Assembly (NCBI GenBank): GCA_965285935.1
Contig: OZ260664.1
Span: 68,758,001-68,822,000, forward strand
Direction of reading: 5' to 3'
Length of the DNA stretch: 64,000 nt
DNA from: Ophelia neglecta
Lineage: Eukaryota
Position numbers and translations under genes: made by a program. Positions 12,911 through 25,005 of this stretch are shown in pieces. The notes under the pieces were generated by a model that saw only the letters and a list, made by a program, of their open reading frames with translations, ran no database searches and was not told the origin of the DNA. Each line of letters opens with the position of its first letter. The stretch's first letter is position 1.

Positions 12911-13849
12911 CAGCTTAACGGGGACGTGTTTGCGGAACACTACGGAGCTTTCAAATTAGCCATAAATTTTGATGGCATGAATGATGACCTCTTAAATTAA
13001 TCACAAGCACATGTCCAGTAATTGGGAAAATCGTTTAACCGATTTAAACCTGTTTATTCGGCAGTAATTGTTATCAATCTTACTTTTTGACTCGACTTCC
13101 CTCTGCGTTTACCTGTAGCAGAATATGATAACTATATTGAAGCCTGCCCGATAGTTTTATGAGTACAATATAAGACAGCCCAATTCAAAGCTATTAACAA
13201 ACTATCTGTTGTCCTCTTACGCCTTTCTGGTCAAGTTTGGAACAGGGTCATGTTTTCCTTTCACTCAAAGTATCATATTGTTTGTCTAAGTTATCAGCAA
13301 TACCCATACATTCTAGCCCCAGCAATAATCGGGCGTTCCGTTATGAGCATTGTGAAGGTACCATAGGCAACGACCATACAAGCGTTACCATGATCACTTC
13401 CTTGGCACAAACACCCGATCGCCATAGAGGCATGTCCGTGTCGTAATATGCTGATCACCAGCAATGCCACGAAGCTGCATCAGCAATGTCCGGATACAAT
13501 CACCGATGACTTGATCATTATTAAGCAATACACAGAAATCATGTACGGCTAATTTGAAAGCTTTAGGCATAATAAATACTGAATCTTCATCATCAACAAT
13601 AACTATATACATGTTTTGAGATGTCCCCATTAATCCCCGAGCACACAGACATCAGCAGTGCCGAGGGTCTTCGTCTGACCGCTGACACCGTATCCCGGTA
13701 TTATAACACCCGAGAGATATTCATACCCATACCTATACCAGATATATACACTATATGTAGATCAGAAGAAATCAGTGTCCTTGATAACACTTCTGGGAGG
13801 GCCAAGGACGCTGGAGACCCATCTAATAATTATTTCTGCGGGGATTTTC

Positions 13850-14217
13850 CCCGGGGGGGGGGGGTACTCCCATTATTTTTGGGTGGGGGTGTGCGGCTGG
13901 TACCTGGCAAACCCTACCCTTGAATTAGGGACATTATGACTTCAAACCTACCCTTGATTTAGGGACATTTTGACTTCAAACTTGGCACTTTGTTATGACA
14001 TACATGTAACCTCGTGGAATGGAATACAGGTTATTCACTGCCCTAGGCAATTCAGAATCATGCCCGACAGGATGAATTTTTTTTCTAGAAACCATACCCT
14101 TTATTAGGGAAGAAATCAACAAAAAGGTACCCTTGGTTTAGGGAAGTTTTGAGGAAAAACGACCCTTCTCGGCCGCACAAACCCAGTATGCCGGATAATG
14201 GGAGTACCCCCCCCGGG
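13850..14217. mobile_element. MITE (368 bp) with CCCGGG(G)nTACTCCCATTAT terminal inverted repeats and an 8-bp TSD
   Basis: Left end CCCGGGGGGGGGGGGTACTCCCATTAT, right end ATAATGGGAGTACCCCCCCCGGG. TSD GGATTTTC at 13842-13849 and 14218-14225. Superfamily not determined. Confidence 0.9.
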
Positions 14218-15289
14218 GGATTTTCAGCCATTAGACCTCGCCCCTGTCCTCACGGGTAGTCGGAATTCATCGGGGTGTGATTAATGGAGCTGAAGTTTCG
14301 GCCAGTATTGCTACATGCCCTGTTGTCGAGGCCAAATTAAAGCTATCCATTGTTCTCGGTGATATACCGGCTAAACTCGACACCACCGTTCACGGTCGTG
14401 ATCTAAGAGGTATTTGCGTAAGGCGGGCTAGCCCAATCGGCCAGAAATTTCCCCGATGCACTATACCCTGTTAGCAAAATGTTTTGTTACAAATACCCTA
14501 CCCGAGCCGCGGAATGCTTTTATAACTTCTAGTGTGTGACTATAGATGGCTGCTTCATATTAGGTATTGGAATTTATATACTGAAATGAAAAATGGTGGA
14601 CAGAAATCTTGACAACAGTAGTAACGATAAATGGGTTTTTATGGTACAAAGCCGTCCAGTGAAAGAGCAAAAAAATTACTGCTTTCACTTGCATGATGAA
14701 AATCGTGACAATTATTGTAGTTTATTAACTCACACGATGGCCACTGAGCTCATAAAGATGATGTTTTGTCAATACATTTTGATATATGCTTGTTATTTTC
14801 ATGAAAGCCTTCAGTGAGCTAGTCCTGAAATCTTCGGCTTTCAATCACGCTATTGCCTGTGTTACTTTTGCATCTAGGACTCACATTGACCCAGATACTG
14901 ATGAGAGGCTTATCAGTTACCATAATTAAACACTCATTACGATATATATGTTCTCTTGGTCTATGTAGGATGTTCGATGTATATATACTTGTTAAACAAT
15001 GTGAATCTTGTTTGGCCAACACACATTAGACAATTAAATAAGATGGCGGCCCAGTTTGCTGTCTGCGTTCGTTGACCTGATGAGAACCACATAAGGTCAT
15101 GTGTTATTCGACAAAGAATTATTGTTTAAGCATTCTGCACACTGCAACATTCTGATCATCAGTGCTGTAGCAACAGCACTGCAGCACCTCCATCACGCAT
15201 TATCTTGACCGTTATGAATATTCATGAAGCTATTGTGATAAGATTCGGGTTGTCAGCTTGTAACATTCTATCTAATACAAATGATAATG

Positions 15290-15861
15290 TCACTATAAAA
15301 GCAGAAATCTTTTGGATCTTCCTTCACCGTAAGAGGCTTCAACATATCCAAGTCACAATCTAGTTCATTGTCTAGATGCTCTCGCCAGACATGGTCCACC
15401 CCATCAGATCTTCTGCCACATTTCACCAGCCCTTCTCCCTCCTTCTATCAACTGATATTGGATGATTTCCCGATGGAAATTTGGCATGGGCAGCATATGA
15501 GTGGCGGTTAGGGCCATTCTCGCCCTGATCGATCACCAGGGTATTACACTTCCTGGGCGATAAGGTGGCGAAACCTGCAATACCCAGCAATCAATCTAAA
15601 GTATTGCCAATATTTTCACTGGGCCTGGTTCCCGCTTGCATTGGCAAACCAACTTAATTGCTTTTTAGACCCCCAGATTTTGTGTTCGGTTAGAGTTGAA
15701 GACAGCTGAATGGACAGCTGTTGAATATGGATTAGGTAAGTTTACATAACAATCGGTCTTCTTCACTTACTGGCTGAGGTGCTGTCACAAAAAGTGGGCC
15801 AAATATGCTTCCGCCACTGGAGTAATGCAGAGAAATGCCAAATTTGTTTTACTTGAGATAC
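15290..15861 (-). mobile_element. Possible spliced Kolobok-like transposase fossil
   Basis: QIWH..LLQWRKHIW (exon-like 15861-15771, AG/GTAAGT bounded), then after a TTGCAG acceptor at 15575: IRARMALTATH..HRE..GGRRAGE and VKEDPKDF. These resemble the D.WH, W...I.NH, ARL.LAALH.N and VKE.P motifs of this transposase type. Confidence 0.3.
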
Positions 15862-16699
15862 CTGTCACAGCACATAAGGCTTATGGTGATCAAGTCAATG
15901 GCAACATACACTGTTTTGCAGATAGGAGATTCATGTGTTAAGAATTTCCCCGTGAATAGAAAATTGAAATATATATTATCTTGGTAATAAAGGACCCATA
16001 CAAACACACTGTGATTTAACCGTACAGTCGGTGTATAAGCGCATTTTCTTATTTTGAATTAAACGACTTTCTATATTTATGTGTGTGAGTATATTGTTCC
16101 TCCTTTGGCCTTACGCGTCCTCTCAAGGACACGGATTCAGCGTTTCTAAATCAAACCTCAAGTAATGATACAAACTCTCGTTTATCAGTCGATTTTAACG
16201 TATGCGTAGTCTCGTCTGCGCCGCATATTTAGGTCATAAATCTTGCCAATCACCACGCCGATGTCAACCCGCCATTAACAAGTCGGTTTGTGATTGCTGC
16301 CTGGGGCGATGAGTCAGTCTGCTGACCTCAGAGAAAAGGACACTGGCCTTTAAGAGAGTTCTCACACCCAGCAATAACGACCACTAGACAGAAAGAATCC
16401 AAGCTTTACACACCGCTACTTCATTCATTCTTATTGCTTGAACATTCCAATGGCTAGTCTCATCAGCAAAATAAAGGCCACTATAAGACATTTTGCAGTC
16501 AATTTCGATGTCTTTGTGTCAGTTTATTACAAGCAAACAGAAGCACGTGTAAGCAATTGCCTGCTCTGAAAGAACCTATATATACAAGTAGTAATGGCTT
16601 GCAGACTACAAGAGAGCGTTTGTCTATTCTGGGGTACAGGTTGAATAGAAATGTATGCGAAGTCGGACAGTCATTTTCAACATAAAATGACCCGTGCAG

Positions 16700-17480
16700 T
16701 GCCAGGCTCCCCTTGTGCAAGGATTTGTAGTTGTATATTAGCAATCTATAATAATTAAAATGTGTCTTTGGCATTTCCTGAACACCTCCTATTACCAGGA
16801 ATTCGTGCCTTACACTTACATACTCACTTAATGTGCGATGTCCTTGAAGACCCAACAAGGATTCATTTTATTAACCCAGGAGTCATTATAGACTGTTCCG
16901 GCATGCAGCAGTGAGTGTTCTTCGGAGGTTATATTTGCAAATACTTAATTGACGTTTGCACTGAGCCCTATTTTATGCTCATAGATGATTGCTTTGGTGA
17001 AATGAGTCATCTGCTCCTTAGATTTTATGTCCAGGCCAATAAGTCAAAGTGCGCAGGTCTCGAGCCACCAAACCTCGCGAGATCAGCGGGCAATATGATT
17101 TGTCCCATAAACTTCGATGTCTTTCAGAAATCTTGCCACATGTCAAGGTTAACCCTTGTTAAGTTAATTCTTTTCGCTGAATAAAAAAGGACATTTGTTA
17201 AGGTCTACGCATGTGCTGTCCTAACCAATGAATGCTTTCTCAATCAAGAATTTCTTGCTTCTAAGATTTGCGTGCCCTTCTAAACAAAATGTTTACATGA
17301 CGTACAGAACAAGAACAATTTAATTGGTTGGGGAATTGCAGGCATTATAAGGTATGCAACAGGCGTTATTATTTCGGCTCTTATGATCAGGGAGAGACAT
17401 CTAAACCATCTCAAGTTCGCACAGTTTCCGGTCGATTTCAGCACACGCTTTTTTTCTATACTCACAAACAAATTTTGATG
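16700..17480 (-). mobile_element. Second DIRS/Ngaro-like RT-RNase H fossil
   Basis: VSIEK.., LRSKKFLIEKAFIG*DSTC, NLDMWQDF* and YRLLIYNYKSLHKG occur in the order of the DIRS consensus (EK, KK.TL..LQSLIG.L.FAC, DL.MW..FL, L..N...A.H..G). Confidence 0.33.
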
Positions 17481-18099
17481 GTTGAAAATGTGTCCAATTC
17501 AGTCGTTCGTATCTTATGCGTGTCAAACGAAATGGAAAGTGAAACTTTCTCATAAGATTTGAATTATATTTCACAACAAACAGAGTTTTCTGACAGTGCA
17601 TTCGCTACATATTAATTTCCACAGTTGATACCTTATTGGACCTAAATCTGTTGCATCAACCCATGGGGTTTAATCAATAAAGAAGAGTGGTTTTTTTCTC
17701 TCTTCTCTGTTCAAAGCTACTTCATACCGCCTGCCCTAGCGACAATGCCGATCGATTGCCGAGTGCGCATGACTCATCCCCGCCGAGAAAAAATATCTAC
17801 GAGTCGATGTCCGTGCAGAGAATAGCCGCCATTAACTAGTATTAGGTCTGACACCCCCAAGGAGCCAACAAATTGCAGGCCTTCTTAAAAAAAGTCCCTA
17901 GTATTGATTTCCAGACGACAATTTTATTATCGGAAGGACCCTTCCTAATTCGCTGTTGGCACTGCAGTCCTTGCCTTATCCATACACCTACAGTTTATTA
18001 TCGACAGATTGTAGATCAAAGTTTTATTTTCAAGGTTTAACGCTTTCTTGCGTTCTCCTATAAAGTCGGACTCTTTTTCCAGCCTCCCTACCTCAGATA

Positions 18100-18450
18100 T
18101 TCTGCCATGTTCTGCCAGATAGACATTTCCATCACATGTCACAAGGACAGAGGGACACACTAAATCATAGTATGATACAACGCTGCAAACAAAAGCGTCC
18201 CAATGATCCATCCGAGTGGAATTCAAGCTACTAGCTGTGAATAATTCTACCATATAAATTCTAAAATAACCTAAACGACTTAATAAATCCTGGTAGCCTG
18301 ATGTCAAGTCAATAAAAGCCATTCCTTGGAGTCTATAACATCAACTGATGTCCGTGAATGTACACTCAAGTCCTATAAACATACTTGACCACGAATCACG
18401 AGGTTTTAGACTGTAGCTATAACGAGGCCAAGCATCGTGTTTGTTCTATA
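18100..18450 (-). mobile_element. CR1/L2-type reverse transcriptase fossil
   Basis: YSLKPRDS..MAFIDLTSGYQDLLSRLGYFRI..SSLNSTR resembles QYGFR..HST, FIDL.KAFD..LL.KL..YGI and SYL..R. Confidence 0.5.
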
Positions 18451-20269
18451 CTTTGTGACCGTTTGCGTTCAAATTCGGCATGAACCAAGACCGCAACAGG
18501 GGATTTTTCAATTTAGACTGGCCTGATCAAGCCCAAGCGCACTTTGATTGGCTACTAACGAAACTAGGAAATACTAAATGGCTACGATCCGTCTTATATT
18601 ACACCCTTTGGATAAAATGTAACTAATTTAGGCCTATGTTATATATACCCCGTCATTAGTGAAACGATGGCTATCCATGAAATAGGAGAAAAACTTACAC
18701 TCGTATACGAATTTCTTTTCTCAGGAGAATTTGATTGAAATCAAAAACAGATTGCTACACTTTGCAGTATTACAGCTCGCAGTTTGTCATTAGTGTTTTT
18801 ATCAATTAGTTTGGCTAAACACGTTTTGCAGACGGCACGTGGAATGCTCCCAAAACCACAGAGCAACTAAGGAGACTTCAACTAAATTCCATAGAAAAGA
18901 GAACAAAAAGCATTGCCAGATCAACTAAGCAAATACTAAGGTTCAATAAGACGGTAATTACGAGATATGTGATTAGGACTAGGCAACTGATTTTTTTTTT
19001 TGATTATTTAACGGCTATAAGCTTCATTATTTTGTGAAAGAAGCTTAAGAAATCGATATTTCTATAGAGACCGTTCCAACGTTCCTAAGAGAAATGTGAC
19101 ATCATTCCGCTCGCTCATGCGCACGACGTAATAATTTCGGGATACATTCATAGATAGATAGGATTTATTTCAATGAAGTCTACTATACAGACTTGTATAG
19201 TATACATAAAACCTTATCTTGTCTATTACATGTACTCAGGTTCACTCAAAAAATAAGACAGCAGTGTTTACATCAACAACCACAATACTCTCACTATATC
19301 AGGTAAAGGTTATAATAATTCTAGCTCATAAGACTGTCACTTATTACTAACTACGTTTCTTACCGTGGCATAGTCCTGGGGTTGAGTTCTAGAAGGTTGG
19401 ATATTTCAGATTTTGATAAAGTAGCAAATAACAATGACCTTGTCCTAACTTGAGTCTGAGACAAGATCGTGTGCAAAACCCATAGTAGTACACAAATCTC
19501 AAATCTTTCAGAACTCCAACTCAGGTTGCCTGAACTTAAAGGCTTATCCTATAGAGCGTATAAAGAACAATAAAAGACAATGACAACGGTAAAAAGGCAA
19601 TAATAATATGCAACAATAACACGGAAAACATCGGGAATCGTCGCATGCCATGTTATAGACTTCATAAATCAGTCACGGACCGTATCTAAATATTTTCAGT
19701 CTGTTTCAATAACTTTTCTACGCCACTTTATGGTGATGAAAACATGTCGACCTTGTTTGACGATACGACATTTTGTTTTTAGACTAGACTATGCCGACAG
19801 GACGGACTGACAGACAGAACACAATTTAATTCAAAACTAGACGAGTACCCACGCTTACTATTCCGTCGAGTAAAAAATTGCATGGCGGAATGTAGTAGTG
19901 GCCCATATGAATCAATAAAGGAGAGACAACGCATGCAATAATGTAAGTATATTAGTGCGAAGTCTTATCTCATTCATTTGAAATGCTCTTGGCTCTTGAT
20001 AACTGGTGAGAATAAAAAAAGGCCGCTCGAAACGTTACGATCAATCTGTGTTTGTTAAACTATATTATTTTACAACAACCTATGGGGAGGCTTGTTACAA
20101 ATCTTATTAGGCAAATCCCTAATTAACAAGTCCATGCCTTGACCGCTTGCTGGAGGTGGCGAGCTGTTGATTTCATTGGTTGTCACCGGGTGTCTTCATA
20201 CTAATATCGCCCCCAGGTATATCAACGCCCATTGAAAATTGTATCATCTACTTGGAGCCAATCAGCTCT

Positions 20270-20750
20270 CATTTGACGAGAATTGTAAGTAGATCAGCTG
20301 TAAACACCTGAGAATACCTGCCGTTTAAGGCAGGGGTAAGGCAGATTTCCGGAGGGAAATTCCAGCGAATCAGCAGCGAATGTAAAGTGATCATAATTTC
20401 ATTTCCTGAACATGTTTCAATGATTAATGATGACAAACTGACATATTTATAAAGGCACCCGACACCTAGCACCCAAGCTGGAAGGGTTAAACTTGGTTTG
20501 GTCTCGTACAAACACGTGCCCAAGGGCTTCGTCCTACTTGTCAAAATATCCGAGAAAACGTAAATCAATTTCCTCGATTAGACATGTGCGTCCGATTTGG
20601 ATTGCTTTGTTTGGGAAGTACGATGTCAGGCGAGGCACATGTGGCAGGTACACCCTTGGAGAAACCTTATCACGGCCTGATTCAATTGCAGCCTGTCAAA
20701 AAACATGATATGGGCCGAGAAAGCCCACAGGCAAGAAAAGGTGTTTGAAT
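20270..20750 (-). mobile_element. Ty3/Gypsy integrase fossil
   Basis: GFLG..VFDRL..RFLQGCTCHMC (H2C2-like) followed by DILT..LG..LY..VGCLYKYV..EIMITLHSLLIRWNFPPEI..NG..F (rve-core-like). Confidence 0.5.
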
Positions 20751-20829
20751 AATCTCCTTAATATTTCTGCTGCAGCACATTCAGTATAAGCGGTGCTACC
20801 TAATAGAATTTTTCCAAGTTAACATGCCT

Positions 20830-22130
20830 TTGACATGGCTCGAAGCCACAAAGCAGACATGATGTTTGAAGAAACCCTAAAATGTCTGACTGGTGAAGTA
20901 TAGAGGTGATTAAGGGGCTTGTCAACGTCGCCACTAACTATATTAGACTTAGTCAAATATTCATATATCTGATTATAGAGACGGCTGTTATACGGCAGGG
21001 ATCAGAGATCACAGAAAAGGGGGGATTACAAATGGCCTATGACCGCACTGCTAAATTATATTGTTGTTGGAATCAGTATTCAAGGGTAAATCTCGCTGCT
21101 GATGTTAAGGCATCTCAAGACAGAATTGCTGTTTGTGTTCGGAGTTAAATCATAACATCCTTCTCTACGGAGCTGGGGGAGCGAGAAAGAAATCATGTGT
21201 ATTTAAATTGTCCGAACAATTGTGTTTTTGCGCCAATCAACAAATGAGGTTGTTTGTCTGCCACCCATCTTTTCTAATCAAACAAGAAGGTAAGATTGCA
21301 AGGACAACAGAAAAACAAATCCCTCACAGATCTATCAATGTGTAAGCAGAATATGGAAGCAGAATTCACACTGAGTTCGATTGAAGAGCATTTCTGCTTA
21401 TTTAAAATTTAATTGCGTTTAATGTAATACTGTATAGTGAAAGATCGACTTGAAGATACAGTGTACTAGTAACCGGAAACTGGTCGTTTCTTGAACTCGA
21501 CCCTGACCTGTTTTCACGACCTAGAAAATGATAAACTACTTTTAAGCACCAGAAGATGCTGGCCAATATCCTCTGGCAAATACATGGGTCATTCCGGGAA
21601 GAAACGGACAATTATATTTGTACACGCCATTGGTATGATATGGCCCGTTTTAAAACCCCTGATACAAAAAGGCTCGTGCCAGTCATTTCAGTTAAATCCA
21701 AAGAGAGATAAAATGGCTTTCCTCTCCGACTTTATGCAGCAGCAAATATGTCGAAATGTCTCATATTTATGATAGTTCTTTAGTATTCATCATGGCTAGA
21801 TAGATTTTCTATCTGTGTTTAAAAAACTTACAATAATTTTATTCCCATTATGAGTGTCTTTCCAATGCCAAAATTTGTTCATGCATTTGAACTTCAGGTC
21901 TCAATTCCAGGAATCTTTTGATGGTGTAGGGGATTGATAATTAAACAGATGTCATATCTTCTCAGGGTTAAAAGCATGTGTATCCTCGATCAACAGATAA
22001 AAGGGTTGTCATTAAGGACGCTACCCAATAGGATGGCTTGGAAGAGAACCTAGATCAGACTGTTGAAATATTGATGAGCATCATTCGTGTTCTCTTACTT
22101 CAAACAGACACTCCATAATGCATCAGCCAC
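20830..22130 (+). mobile_element. Ty3/Gypsy RNase H-integrase fossil
   Basis: MFEETLKCL, AVIRQG..MAY..QYS, ELLFVFGV and HNILLYG (RNase H-like). MGHSGKKRT..IWP..GSCQSFQ (zinc-binding-like). FQESFDGVGI and YPRSTD at 21981 (resembling YPQSNG). All are colinear. Confidence 0.55.
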
Positions 22131-24759
22131 TGTTGTACATGCAATGTATAATGTATATTTGTTTTTGTGCTTGTATCTACTATAGTTCCAATGAGTGGGC
22201 CGGTGTGAATACTAATGAATGCCACCTCATTTGGTTATCAACCATCGATCAATGGCATGCAGTGTAAACAAAGGCGCAGGGGGCCGTCCTCTCGGGGTGG
22301 GGCGGTGGGGGGTTGGGGGAAGGGGAACACACCTATTTTTTTGCCCTCATTATACCCCTACCCTACCCATGTTTAACTTAGAAGATTTCCAGACCCACAC
22401 TCTGTTTTAGAGCCCATTCTTAATATCTGGACCCCACCCCTCCCCTTTCTCCTTTACAAATAGCAAGGTCTTTTTGTAGTCGGAACAGCCACAGACGAGA
22501 ATGTGCCCTTTATACCTCCATCTGCTGGGTCGTCCTGGAGAGTAATCCCGCCAATTTATATCTGTCTTATGGTATCTACATCCATCAGACCCCGATTCAC
22601 CAACAGTTTATTCCATTGGCTGATGCGTTGGCTCTTCATGAATCATACTTAGTATTTAAAGCTATCTAGACATTCGAAAGCCTACCTACCAAAATACGAC
22701 CCATAACTGCGTCTCAAAAATAAACACACTGATTCTGACGTCAACAGTATTTATAACAGAATGGTCTACAGATGCTTGTTTCGTTAAACGAAAACCTCGC
22801 CCGTTTAGTAAGCCTTTGGACACATACAGTTTGCAAGGATCGCACCATAACGTGCTATTAATACGGAAATATTACGAATATAATCATACTCAATATCATG
22901 AAAATTGTAACAAAGTATTATTCTTTATACAACTTACCATAAAAATTAGTAATATATATTTTTATATAATATATTTATATAGCGCCTCACACAATAAAAA
23001 GCGACAAATGAATCTATACATATATTAATATGTTAAAGAAAGTAAATGATATAAAATAACTATTTTTCCTTCCACTTCAAAAGTGAACAAAAAATCTCTT
23101 CTAGTACAAAAGCATATTACGATTTTATCGGGGATGTAGATTCCGTTGTTAAGTTGGCTCTTCATGAATCATACTTATTTATGTTTAAACACAATTGAGT
23201 ACCATGGCCCAGGGGAGATTAACCACGAGAAAATGCTTGCTCTTTATGAACGAATCGATCTCTATTGTAATAATAAGGCCGGGCTAAATTTGCCTTGTTC
23301 TTGAGGTGTTTGCCTGCTCTATAGGACACCGGCGACCTCCTTTGTAGTGGGGATAACCTTTATACTACAGGTTGGTAGTGACAGGGCCTACCTTTGTAGT
23401 AGGGAGTCCCCTTGATATCCTTAAGTCGATATACTCAGAGATTTAAATAGATTAGCCGTCGACAGCTGCCTGGGTTCAATAAAAGATCCACGGAGTTTCC
23501 TGGGCTCATTGTGCCAAGGAACCTGGATCTATAGCTCCATGACTGATATGCCGGCGGCCCAGGTCTCCGTTTGCCCATGACCTACTTATTCGGCGCCTCA
23601 TTTCAGCCGGCCTCACAAGTTCGATATATGAGCATAACATGGTAAGTGCTCAACAGCCAATATTTGACAAGGCGTTGAGCACTGGTTATGAAGAAAGAGA
23701 CCTCATCTTCTTTGTCCGGATAATTCAATCAGAATTTCCCCGGCAATATTTCTGGGAAGCAACACATTGGTTAAAACACATAATAGACTGTAGAATGACC
23801 AATCAATACAGGTCGGTGCAGACCAATTGTTGACATGATGCTATCCTGTGACTGTTACAGCATTTTGTTATCCCGCGTCCTATAAGTCAGGAGCTCAATA
23901 AGAACTTGTGAAATGTGAATATACATTCTCATACTAAGAGAGACATTCTAGTTAAAGAAATACTTGTAAATGCTTTCAGGTCAGCGAGTTCATAGATGCT
24001 GCCCCATCCAATTTCAGGCCGGTATAACTGTGGGTAGGGTGCCCAAAACTGCTCTGCAGGGTAACCGAACACCGGAAGAACCTTTTTTTGAGGGGTACAG
24101 AAAATAAGATACACCCATAGACACCATAGACATCAGAGTACTAATTTTATTTCTATCTGCGTGTCCATGTGCCATATTGTGACAAGAGCCGGCCTTCAAC
24201 ATGACATTCAACATAACAATAGTTTCCTTCGCTTGCCATGTGGATGTCAAAGCCCCCCAAAAAATATGAACATTTCGGTATACGTGTATATGCCCTGACG
24301 CAGGAGCAGTTATGTGTCCTCAGAGATATGGCGGTAATCGAGAAAATGGTAATGGTCTTAAAGCCCTAATCACAAATAGAAGATGAGCGTGCCCGTGCAT
24401 GCCGAGTACGACAAGTATGACTCAGATGATGAAAACTGTGTGCCGGGCATGGTGGGCCAACCGATCGAGAGGCATCTCTCCGACAAAAACTAACACGGGG
24501 TCTCCGGTCTACGAGCAGAGAGGGCGGCGGGGAGTCTGGGGATGTAAAGTGCATCGTTCCGAACCGTCAATTAGTGTTCAAAGTAGAATTGGCCCTGATC
24601 ACAACAATTCTCCTTAGACATGGCCGGAGCGGCGCACGGGGTACTAGACTTAAAACTCCATTTATCCAATTAAAAAACATTTCTTTTTTCCTTTCATGCC
24701 GAGGCTCATACGATTGTAATATGGATCAGAAACGGTAAAAGATACCCGCTACTTCTACA

Positions 24760-25005
24760 GAGACCTCACCGCTTTAACATGAAGACCTCGCTGAGACCAC
24801 GCTGCCTTAACAGAGACCACGCTGCTTTATCAGAGAACACGCTGCTTTATCAGAAAACACGCTGTTTTAACTGAGACCACGCTGCCTTAACAGAGACCAC
24901 GCTGCTTAAACAGAGACCGCGCTGCTTTTACAGAGACCACGCTGCTTTATTAGAGACCACGCTGCTTAGGAAAAACCTCGCTTTTTATATAGATACCACA
25001 CTGCT
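24760..25005. repeat. 20-bp minisatellite, consensus CAGAGACCACGCTGCTTTAA
   Basis: Nine regular head-to-tail units at 24791-24970, with degenerate units on both sides and no spacers. Confidence 0.95.

Larger units (their letters stand above)
7419..15020 (-). mobile_element. Fossil env-bearing Ty3/Gypsy (errantivirus-like) LTR retrotransposon, interrupted by a MITE and a LINE
   Basis: Minus-strand order: RNase H-like EHIYRNECLIMVTDKPLISIW (14953-14891), linker ALRKYLLD (about 14420), LKIP..II (across the MITE site), integrase-core-like NMYIVIVDD..KAFKL..LLMQLRG (13615-13470), env-like region 12910-11690 continuing at 7550-7455, then a purine-rich PPT candidate GGACGAGGAAAACGGAAGATGGGGGCGA (7446-7419). 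LTRs not confidently seen. Confidence 0.55.

Noticed and set aside
21974-21991. DRGYTC on the minus strand as the missing second half of Ig1
   Set aside because: Wrong spacing for D-x-G-x-Y-x-C, no convincing splice sites, and it overlaps the plus-strand integrase fossil.
24760-25005. CRISPR-like array
   Set aside because: Units are head-to-tail with no unique spacers, there are no cas genes, and the context is a eukaryotic intron.
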